35,319 nt of DNA, taken from a virus. Lineage: Duplodnaviria > Caudoviricetes. The stretch's first letter is position 1. Each line of letters begins with the position of its first letter. This document shows positions 19,555 through 26,492 of this stretch, piece by piece. The DNA lies in IMG/VR virus record IMGVR_UViG_3300027808_000081, positions 1-35,319 of that record. One strand, 5' to 3'. Below the pieces are notes generated by a model, which saw only the letters and a list, made by a program, of their open reading frames with translations, had not been told where the DNA came from and did not search any database. A program made the translations under genes and the position numbers.

Positions 19555-20142
19555 TTATTCTTTACCTTTTTTCTTAGCTATTTCCTCTTCTCTATCCTTT
19601 TTCTTTTGTTCGTCAGATTTAGTTATTGTACCTGAATTTACAAGATCTACTTTTTTCTCTTCAGTAGTAGGAGTAACGACAGTAGTAGTAGACTTTTCAT
19701 CTTTCTTCGGTTCACCTAGAAGTTTATTAGTTGCTGCTTTTTCAGGATTAGCTTTTGCTTCGTTTATATCTTTGTATTTTTTATACTTTGTTTCAGCATC
19801 AGTTTTTCTAGATTCTACACTTTTAACTCTTTTCTCTAATCGTGCTTTTTTACCTTCAGAAGCGAATTCTGATTTTGATTTATCTTCAAGTTTAGTTTTT
19901 CTCCTTGCTAGTCTTTCAGCTTTTTTTCCTTGTCTTTTCTCTGCTAATTTATCAGTATCAATACCTTTAATACCTTCACTTAGATTTGTTCCAAGTCCAG
20001 ATATCGCATCTGCCATACCTCCATCTCCTTCTATTGGTTTAACAAGAGAATTTTGATATGATCCACCTTCTGATTGAGGCACCTCACTTCTTTGTAAACG
20101 AAAAGGAGATTGAGTATTTCTTTTGAATATGTTTAAAGACAT
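19555..20142 (-). CDS. Highly charged (K/E) hypothetical protein
   Basis: 195 aa; N-terminal QSPFRLQ, short amphipathic segment, long K/E/R coil. Confidence 0.6.
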   Translation of the reverse strand: MSLNIFKRNTQSPFRLQRSEVPQSEGGSYQNSLVKPIEGDGGMADAISGLGTNLSEGIKGIDTDKLAEKRQGKKAERLARRKTKLEDKSKSEFASEGKKARLEKRVKSVESRKTDAETKYKKYKDINEAKANPEKAATNKLLGEPKKDEKSTTTVVTPTTEEKKVDLVNSGTITKSDEQKKKDREEEIAKKKGKE

Positions 20143-20146
20143 AACT

Positions 20147-20365
20147 TTATTTTTTAGAAACTGCTCTCTGTGTTATTGGACTAGAGTAACATTTTGGTTT
20201 ATCATTATTTAATATAATACCATCTTTACCAGCACTAAATCCTTTTCCTTTAGGAAAACCTTCAGTATTAAAAGGTCCGTTCCATAGAGCATTAGCTCCT
20301 ACTCCAGATCTTTTAGCTTCTTTATCATACACAGTTACTTTGTGTTCTTTCGGTGTTGAATACAT
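20147..20365 (-). CDS. Hypothetical protein (72 aa, start reassigned to MYSTPK)
   Basis: The track start at 20443 overlaps the upstream gene. ATG at 20365 follows an A-rich leader. C-terminus contains SSPITQR. Confidence 0.55.
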   Translation of the reverse strand: MYSTPKEHKVTVYDKEAKRSGVGANALWNGPFNTEGFPKGKGFSAGKDGIILNNDKPKCYSSPITQRAVSKK

Positions 20366-20384
20366 GTTAATTTTATTTTTTAAA

Positions 20385-21170
20385 TTAATATCCTGGATAT
20401 GCGTTATTTTGAGCAGCAATATCTTCACCATAACTAGTACCAATATTTGGGTCCATATTAGGATCTGCTGAATTATAACTCATTTGTCTAAATGGACTTT
20501 TTCCACTTTTTATGTTCTTAGAGTTATTGCTTTTAATATTATTCATACCTTGATATTTTTTCTTTTGCATCAAAGGAGTAGCCATATTTGTATTTCCTCC
20601 ATATAAGTTTCCAATAGTATTTGGATTACCCATAGCGTTTGGATTCATTTCTGTTTCTTGCATTTGGTTTGGATCCATCATTTGTCTTAGTGGACTTTTG
20701 TAACCACTAGTTTTAGTGAACCTTTGTTTAAATGGACTCTGGTTTCTTTGAACTATAGGACTAACAGGTGCTGCCACTGGAGTTGCTGGAGTCGCTGGGA
20801 CTGCAACTGCTGCAGGATCAACTGTCGGTGCTACTGGAGCCGCTGCTACTGGAGCCGCTGCTACTGGAGCCGCTGCTACTGGAGTTGCTACTGGAGCCGC
20901 TGGTGGCATAATAATTCCTCCAGGTCCCATTTGACCTTGTGTAGCACCTACCGCCGTCGCCATCGCGGCACGTCTTTGCATTTTTCTACCAAGTCCTCCT
21001 AACATTTTACGACCTTGTCTTCCTCCAAGTGCTGCGTTAGCCATTCCACCTAGTGGTCCACCTATTAAACTACCAATACCAGCTCTACGTATTGCTTTAC
21101 CGATTTGTGCTTTGCCAATACTTCTAGCTGCACCACGTGCTGCTCTACCTAATTTTCTAAAAAATCCCAT
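20385..21170 (-). CDS. Low-complexity protein: cationic amphipathic N-terminus, Ala/Pro/Val linker, five [S/T]PxxQ motifs
   Basis: 261 aa; MGFFRKLGRAARGAARSIGK; APVAA repeats; SPIVQ, SPFKQ, SPLRQ, TPLMQ, SPFRQ. Confidence 0.65.
   Translation of the reverse strand: MGFFRKLGRAARGAARSIGKAQIGKAIRRAGIGSLIGGPLGGMANAALGGRQGRKMLGGLGRKMQRRAAMATAVGATQGQMGPGGIIMPPAAPVATPVAAAPVAAAPVAAAPVAPTVDPAAVAVPATPATPVAAPVSPIVQRNQSPFKQRFTKTSGYKSPLRQMMDPNQMQETEMNPNAMGNPNTIGNLYGGNTNMATPLMQKKKYQGMNNIKSNNSKNIKSGKSPFRQMSYNSADPNMDPNIGTSYGEDIAAQNNAYPGY
20830..20901. repeat. 15-bp tandem repeat (GCTACTGGAGCCGCT) encoding APVAA
   Basis: Three perfect units at 20830-20874, a 12-bp variant, then a fourth unit at 20887-20901. 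Confidence 0.9.
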
Positions 21171-21173
21171 TTT

Positions 21174-21782
21174 TTATTTTTTTTTGTTATTAATATTATT
21201 TTTATTGTTTTTTGGAGGCGAATTAAAAAGAGAGTTTATAGCTTTCATATCAACTGCTTTGGGGTTTATTTTTCCTTGCACGACTTGACGAGGAGATAAT
21301 TGTCTAATAGGACTAGAATTACTACGACGTTGAGTTAAAGGAGTAATTGGTTCTGTAGTTACTGGAGTAGTTACTAGTGGTAATGTTGCCACTGGCACTG
21401 GTGGAGTCGCTAATCCTGCTTCTCTAGCCATTGAAGCCGCGCCAAATCCTTGTGCCGCTGCATTACCAACCGCGTTTGCTGCTGCTATTCTAGCTGCTTC
21501 TGCGTCTGTTGCTGCCGCTGCTGCAATATCTTTTTGACCTTGTTCTTGTGTTGCTTTTAATTGAGTTGCCTCAGTCACCGCTGCCGCTGCAGCTTCATCG
21601 TTTCTTCTCTTAACACCTTCTTCTCCTCCAGCTCTATAAAAATCTCTAGCTTTTTTACTTACTACTTTAGCAACGCCTTTCTTAACATCTTTACCAGCAC
21701 TCTTTATGTTTGTTTTAACAAACTTACCAACACTTTTAGTGGCTTTTTTTATACCTTTACCTATTTTTTTAAAAAATCCCAT
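21174..21782 (-). CDS. Paralogue A: cationic amphipathic N-terminus plus Ala-rich coil
   Basis: 202 aa; MGFFKKIGKGIKKATKSVGKFVKTNIKSAGKDVKKG; TPLTQRR; shares C-terminal QGKINPKAVDMKAINSLFNS with the next gene. Confidence 0.7.
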   Translation of the reverse strand: MGFFKKIGKGIKKATKSVGKFVKTNIKSAGKDVKKGVAKVVSKKARDFYRAGGEEGVKRRNDEAAAAAVTEATQLKATQEQGQKDIAAAAATDAEAARIAAANAVGNAAAQGFGAASMAREAGLATPPVPVATLPLVTTPVTTEPITPLTQRRSNSSPIRQLSPRQVVQGKINPKAVDMKAINSLFNSPPKNNKNNINNKKK

Positions 21783-21786
21783 ATCT

Positions 21787-22662
21787 TTATCTTTTTTTAT
21801 TATTTTTTGGAAGAGAGTTGAAAAGAGAATTTATAGCTTTTATATCAACTGCTCTAGGATTTATTCTTCCTTGTGTGATCTGATTATTATTCATACGACG
21901 TTGAGTTAACGGAGTAGTTGGTGTTAGAACTGGATCAGGCGTAGGTGATACAGGTGCTGCAGGTACTACAGGTGCTGGTCCTGGTGCTACTGGTGATGGT
22001 ACCGCTACTGGATCAACAGCACTACCAGATTCTCTAATATCTGAAGCCTGACCAAAACTAACCGCTCTTTTATTTCCAGCTCCATTAGCATACGCTAAAG
22101 CATCTGCATCTGCTTTTGCTTTAGCTGCCGCTTGAGTTTGTGTTGCTGCATCTGCATCTGCTTTTGCTTTTAATGCTACATCTGCATCTGCTTTTGTCTT
22201 TGCTGCCTGTGCATCTGAATCGGCTTTTACTTCAGCCGCCGCGTCTATTGCTGCTGTATCTACTACTGGTTCAGGTGTTAGAGTAGGTTCAGGTACTGGT
22301 GTTGCAACAGGTTCAGGTGGTGGCTCAGGTTTACTAATAACTTGTTTAACATCATTAACAGCACTTTTTGCATTTGTTGTAGCAAACTTAGTTACATCTT
22401 TAAAACCCTTCTTAATATCCTTGCCAGCACTTTTTACATTTTTTGAAACAAACTTACCAACGTTCTTTACACTAAGATCCTTTATTTTTGCATTCTTAAG
22501 ATCTTTTCCAACACTCTTAGTATTTGTTTTAGCAAATTTAGCTACGTCTTTAACACCTTTTGAAACATCCTTGGTAGCACTCTTTACATTTGTACTTACA
22601 AATTTAGTGGTACTTTGTGCTGCTTTTTTTAAACCTTTACCTATTTTCTTTAAAAGTCCCAT
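21787..22662 (-). CDS. Paralogue B: 11/22-mer amphipathic repeats plus Pro/Ala linker
   Basis: 291 aa; MGLLKKIGKGLKK; four KFxxxNxKSxx[K/N]D units; TPLTQRR; QGRINPRAVDIKAINSLFNS. Confidence 0.7.
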   Translation of the reverse strand: MGLLKKIGKGLKKAAQSTTKFVSTNVKSATKDVSKGVKDVAKFAKTNTKSVGKDLKNAKIKDLSVKNVGKFVSKNVKSAGKDIKKGFKDVTKFATTNAKSAVNDVKQVISKPEPPPEPVATPVPEPTLTPEPVVDTAAIDAAAEVKADSDAQAAKTKADADVALKAKADADAATQTQAAAKAKADADALAYANGAGNKRAVSFGQASDIRESGSAVDPVAVPSPVAPGPAPVVPAAPVSPTPDPVLTPTTPLTQRRMNNNQITQGRINPRAVDIKAINSLFNSLPKNNKKR

Positions 22663-22665
22663 TGA

Positions 22666-23106
22666 TTATTTTTTATCATTATTTGAATTTTCTATAGCTT
22701 TACTTAAGACAGTATCAGTGTACGTTTTTTTATCCATTATAGAATTTCTATGACTAGTCGGTATATTTTCTTTACCTAACATTATACGGTACATTTTACT
22801 TATAAGTTGTTTACATTTAAAAGAAACTTTATATATGTTATATTTTTGAGTTACATAGTTTCTTTCTCTCCAAACTACTATCCAACCATTTTTCAACAAA
22901 TCGTTCCAACGTCTATTATTCCAACTGTATGAGTAAGTACCTGTTTTAAAATCTTGTTTTGTAAAAAACTCCATACAGTCTAGATATATCAGTAATTCTA
23001 AATCTGCATCAGTTAAATCATTATTCTTACAAGCCCACTTTCTTATTATTCTATAGTGTTTAAGTAGAGACAGATCTTTTATATCACTTGCTTCTAGTCT
23101 TATCAT
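22666..23106 (-). CDS. Putative winged-helix (MarR-like) DNA-binding protein
   Basis: 146 aa; DLTDADLELLIYL ... LLKNGWIVV ... IYKVSFKC pattern resembles a wHTH; translationally coupled to groES. Confidence 0.45.
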   Translation of the reverse strand: MIRLEASDIKDLSLLKHYRIIRKWACKNNDLTDADLELLIYLDCMEFFTKQDFKTGTYSYSWNNRRWNDLLKNGWIVVWRERNYVTQKYNIYKVSFKCKQLISKMYRIMLGKENIPTSHRNSIMDKKTYTDTVLSKAIENSNNDKK

Positions 23107-23363
23107 AGTACTACAACTACATCACCTAATCTTATAAGATGATAAATATCTTTGTTTATTTCTATCTTGTGACCAGCATGTCTATCATAAAATATCGAAT
23201 CTCCTTCTTTAACACCTACTACTTCATCTCCTATTGATAAAACTTTAGCTTGTACATATCTAATATCCTCTCTTTGATTTTCTGCCAATAGAAGTCCTCC
23301 TTTTGTCTTAGTAGTACCTTCTTTTATCTTTTCTATTATCAAACATTTTCCAACTGCTTTCAT
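23103..23363 (-). CDS. groES: Co-chaperonin GroES
   Basis: 86 aa; mobile loop TKTKGGLLL, AKVLSIG, VKEGDSIFY. Confidence 0.9.
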   Translation of the reverse strand: MKAVGKCLIIEKIKEGTTKTKGGLLLAENQREDIRYVQAKVLSIGDEVVGVKEGDSIFYDRHAGHKIEINKDIYHLIRLGDVVVVL

Positions 23364-24907
23364 TATGCTCTCAAATTATTGATTACACAATCAGTTGATA
23401 AAATAGTAACTGCTACAGATGCTGCATTTCTTAATGCGCTTTTAGTAACTAATAAAGGATCAATAATACCTGCTTTGATCATATCGACAGTTTCACCTGT
23501 TATAACATTAAGACCATAACCTATTTTTGATATAATCTCAATTGGAGCATCTTCAATGCCAGCATTGTCTAGTATAGTTTTAAACGGCGCTTTAATAGAA
23601 TCTAGTAATATTTCCTCACCAAGTGAGAAGGTATCTATAACATAAGAAGCGTTCAATAAAGCAATTCCTCCTCCTGGTACAATACCTTCTTTAATAGCTG
23701 CCTTGGTCGCGCAAATGGCGTCTTCAATTCTATCTGCTTTTTCTTTTAATTCAATCTCAGAATTAGCACCTACTTTAACAATAGATATTTTTGCTGTTAA
23801 TCTTGCTAATCTTTTCTCAAGTTTGATAACTTGGTAATTAGGATTATTATCTAACAAAGATTTTTTTATATCTTTAATTATATCAAGTATTTCCTCAGAT
23901 GGTTCACCTACATGTAACACAGTATCTTCATGAGTAGTAATGCTTTTTACACATGTACCTAAATGTTCTGGTTGTATTAAATCTAAATCATCACCAAGAT
24001 CTTCATTAATAACAGTTGCATTAGTTAATAAAGCTAAATCATCTAAAGTCTCTTTCTTATTAATACCAAAAGTAGGAGCATTTATAACATTTATCTTAAT
24101 GTTACCTCTAGATTTGTTCATCGCTAACGCAGATAAAACACCTTGATCTAGATCACCTATTATAAGTAAAGATCTATTACTCTTTATAACATACTCTAAT
24201 ACTGACTGTAATTGTCTAATACTTTCAACTGGAGACTCAACTAACAAAACTAATGGATTATCTAGTTCTGCTGTTTTGTTTTTATGATTAGTAATAAAAT
24301 GAGAATTTGTTAATCCCATATCACATTGTACTCCTTCTACTAATTCTAAACTACATTCTGGATCTGATGACGTTTCCATCATTACAATACCTGTATTTCC
24401 AACTGCTCTAAAAGCATCTCCAACTAACTTACCTAATACTGGATCATTGTTAGTTGATATTGTAGCTATTTGATCTAACATATCACCATCTACTTTTATA
24501 GAATTCATTTCTAGATATTCTATAACTTTTTCAACAGCTTTGTTTATACCTTCTTTTATCTTCCTAGTATTAGGATCTTTAACTGCATAAGCATTCTTTA
24601 GTATTGCATGAGCTAAAACGGTAGCGGTAGTTGTTCCATCACCTGCTTCTCTAACAGTTTTTCTAGCTGCTTCTTTTAGTAATGTAGCTCCCATATTTTC
24701 AACAGGATCTAATAGTATAATAGAATCAGCAACAGTAACACCATCTTTTGTTATAACTGGTTTTCCAGAAGAATCTTCTAAAAGAACACATTTACCACTC
24801 GCTCCTAACGTAGAACTAACTGCTCTAGTTAATTTCTCTATTCCCGTGAATACCTTATCACTAGCTTCTTTACCGAAACTAAGATTTTTGACTATAGCGT
24901 CTGACAT
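23363..24907 (-). CDS. groEL: Chaperonin GroEL (phage-encoded)
   Basis: 514 aa; ITKDGVTVA, AGDGTTTATVLA, DRIEDA, EGIVPGGG, GIIDP motifs; no GGM tail. Confidence 0.97.
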   Translation of the reverse strand: MSDAIVKNLSFGKEASDKVFTGIEKLTRAVSSTLGASGKCVLLEDSSGKPVITKDGVTVADSIILLDPVENMGATLLKEAARKTVREAGDGTTTATVLAHAILKNAYAVKDPNTRKIKEGINKAVEKVIEYLEMNSIKVDGDMLDQIATISTNNDPVLGKLVGDAFRAVGNTGIVMMETSSDPECSLELVEGVQCDMGLTNSHFITNHKNKTAELDNPLVLLVESPVESIRQLQSVLEYVIKSNRSLLIIGDLDQGVLSALAMNKSRGNIKINVINAPTFGINKKETLDDLALLTNATVINEDLGDDLDLIQPEHLGTCVKSITTHEDTVLHVGEPSEEILDIIKDIKKSLLDNNPNYQVIKLEKRLARLTAKISIVKVGANSEIELKEKADRIEDAICATKAAIKEGIVPGGGIALLNASYVIDTFSLGEEILLDSIKAPFKTILDNAGIEDAPIEIISKIGYGLNVITGETVDMIKAGIIDPLLVTKSALRNAASVAVTILSTDCVINNLRA

Positions 24908-24935
24908 AATTTTATTTAATTAGATTTGTATAGTG

Positions 24936-24948
24936 TATATATCACCTG
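24936..24948 (-). promoter_or_regulatory. Putative late promoter motif (CAGGTGATATATA)
   Basis: Shared motif about 30 nt upstream of groEL. Confidence 0.4.
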
Positions 24949-24965
24949 TTTGTATAAGTTTTTAC

Positions 24966-25097
24966 TTAACCTTGTCCTCTATATTTCTTAACGTACAACT
25001 TAGAAGTTTTTAGTTTAGAAGTTTTAGTTTTAGAATGAACACCAGGCCTAGATACTTTTACAGTAGTTTTCCTAGCAACCAAATTCTGTTTTGCCAT
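24966..25097 (-). CDS. Small basic protein, 43 aa (not in ORF track)
   Basis: MAKQNLVARKTTVKVSRPGVHSKTKTSKLKTSKLYVKKYRGQG*. It fills the gap before groEL. The KKYRGQG ending resembles small basic phage proteins I recall. Confidence 0.65.
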   Translation of the reverse strand: MAKQNLVARKTTVKVSRPGVHSKTKTSKLKTSKLYVKKYRGQG

Positions 25098-25588
25098 AGT
25101 AAATATAATATTATTAATAGTAATATAGGTAGTATTAATACCCAGTAATTTTGTTTTTTATCTATTTTCTTTTCTTTTATTTTTGTTACTTCTGTCTTAA
25201 CTACCTTATTAGTACTCGTCGAATCCTTAGACTTCGTATAAGACGCTTTATTTTTGTTAGAATATGAAACATTGGTTTTATTTTTTTTGACATTTAGAAT
25301 TACATTTTTATAACTTACACCATTAACTATTATCTCTTTTGAAGTGTCTATTGGAGTTATTGTTAATTCATCGTTTTGATTAGTTATCACTATACTTGTA
25401 GAATCTGATTTTTTTCCAATTTCCTGACTTATAAGTGAAACTTTTGTTTCAACTATACTATCTTTTTTAATATCAGTTTTATCTACAATAACTTTTCTAG
25501 ATGCACAAGATGACATCGTTGATACGAGAATACACGATATTAATACTAATATCCAAAAGACTACAAAATTTTTATTTTGATTTATCAT
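25058..25588 (-). CDS. Putative unimolecular spanin (lipoprotein plus C-terminal TM)
   Basis: 176 aa; hydrophobic N-region with lipobox-like MSSC, beta-rich middle, C-terminal TM YWVLILPILLLIILYLLW; follows the endolysin candidate (T1 gp11 architecture). Confidence 0.65.
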   Translation of the reverse strand: MINQNKNFVVFWILVLISCILVSTMSSCASRKVIVDKTDIKKDSIVETKVSLISQEIGKKSDSTSIVITNQNDELTITPIDTSKEIIVNGVSYKNVILNVKKNKTNVSYSNKNKASYTKSKDSTSTNKVVKTEVTKIKEKKIDKKQNYWVLILPILLLIILYLLWQNRIWLLGKLL

Positions 25589-25971
25589 TATGATATGATT
25601 AAAGTTATTTCTTTTGCAAGTTTCATTTTTGCGAATAAAGATTCAAAAGCTTTTCTAGATTGACCTATAAAATCTTTTGATTTAGTTCTACCGACTAATA
25701 TACAACCTTCTGTATCATGATTAGTATTACCTGGATGTATACGTACTCCTTCAAAGTTAGATACATTTAATAATAATGGCAATAATTTCTTGAATCTATT
25801 AGATTGATTGATTATAACTTTATATGTTCCCTTAGGAATAGCTGTTTCAGACTTAATCTTAACATCTCTTTCTACATCTTCCAATGTATAACATTCCCAT
25901 TTACCATCTATAGTCATTTCACCTATAGTAGAGTTTTCAGTTTTATGAAGTCTTTTGATCTGTATTTTCAT
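25588..25971 (-). CDS. DUF5675-like putative endolysin (L,D-transpeptidase-like fold)
   Basis: 127 aa; CYTLED, TAIPKGTY, GVRIHPGNT..DTEGCILVG His/Cys motif; lies between holin-like genes and the spanin. Confidence 0.75.
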   Translation of the reverse strand: MKIQIKRLHKTENSTIGEMTIDGKWECYTLEDVERDVKIKSETAIPKGTYKVIINQSNRFKKLLPLLLNVSNFEGVRIHPGNTNHDTEGCILVGRTKSKDFIGQSRKAFESLFAKMKLAKEITLIIS

Positions 25972-26119
25972 TATTTTTTATTTTTAATGATTCATATATT
26001 TTTACTCCAGTGTATACGATAGAAAGTAATAACAACGTTATTTTTAACGTGTTCTCAATATTAGTGAACGTTATAACCATTGTAAGTGAATTAAGTAGGT
26101 ATAGTTTAGCAGATTCCAT
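25943..26119 (-). CDS. Holin-like small membrane protein (58 aa, start reassigned to MESAK)
   Basis: ATG at 26119 is 2 nt after the previous stop; two hydrophobic segments and a charged C-tail. Confidence 0.6.
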   Translation of the reverse strand: MESAKLYLLNSLTMVITFTNIENTLKITLLLLSIVYTGVKIYESLKIKNNENTDQKTS

Positions 26120-26121
26120 TT

Positions 26122-26304
26122 TTAACTTTTTAATTTTATAACTATATCCGTAAATCCTTGAATGCCTACATAAGCTGTGGTCACTATTACCCAATCAGTC
26201 GATGTTATATTACCAATAAATAGTCCACAACAAGCGACTACAAATACCATTAGTTTACGTGATATAAATTTATTTAAAATTCTATCTATTTGTTCTTTAC
26301 TCAT
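26122..26304 (-). CDS. Holin-like small membrane protein
   Basis: 60 aa; SRKL followed by two TM segments. Confidence 0.6.
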   Translation of the reverse strand: MSKEQIDRILNKFISRKLMVFVVACCGLFIGNITSTDWVIVTTAYVGIQGFTDIVIKLKS

Positions 26305-26492
26305 AATTCTATTTCAATAGGTTCACCTAAAACTTCTTCTAATCTATCAGCTTGTAAAAACCAATATCCTTCTCCTCTTTGTATCTCCGTCCAAGTTAGA
26401 CAGTCATCGCCACAAGGCAATCCAAAATAAACATTTACTGTGTCTAATGCTGTTTGTGCTTCTTCGTAAGTGTTGTATTTATATTCTACCAT
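26301..26492 (-). CDS. Small acidic protein, possible fibre assembly chaperone
   Basis: 63 aa, overlapping the end of the 713-aa adhesin gene. Confidence 0.45.
   Translation of the reverse strand: MVEYKYNTYEEAQTALDTVNVYFGLPCGDDCLTWTEIQRGEGYWFLQADRLEEVLGEPIEIEL

Noticed and set aside
20830-20901. Possible CRISPR-like array
   Set aside because: Contiguous 15-bp in-frame coding repeats with no spacers and no cas genes.
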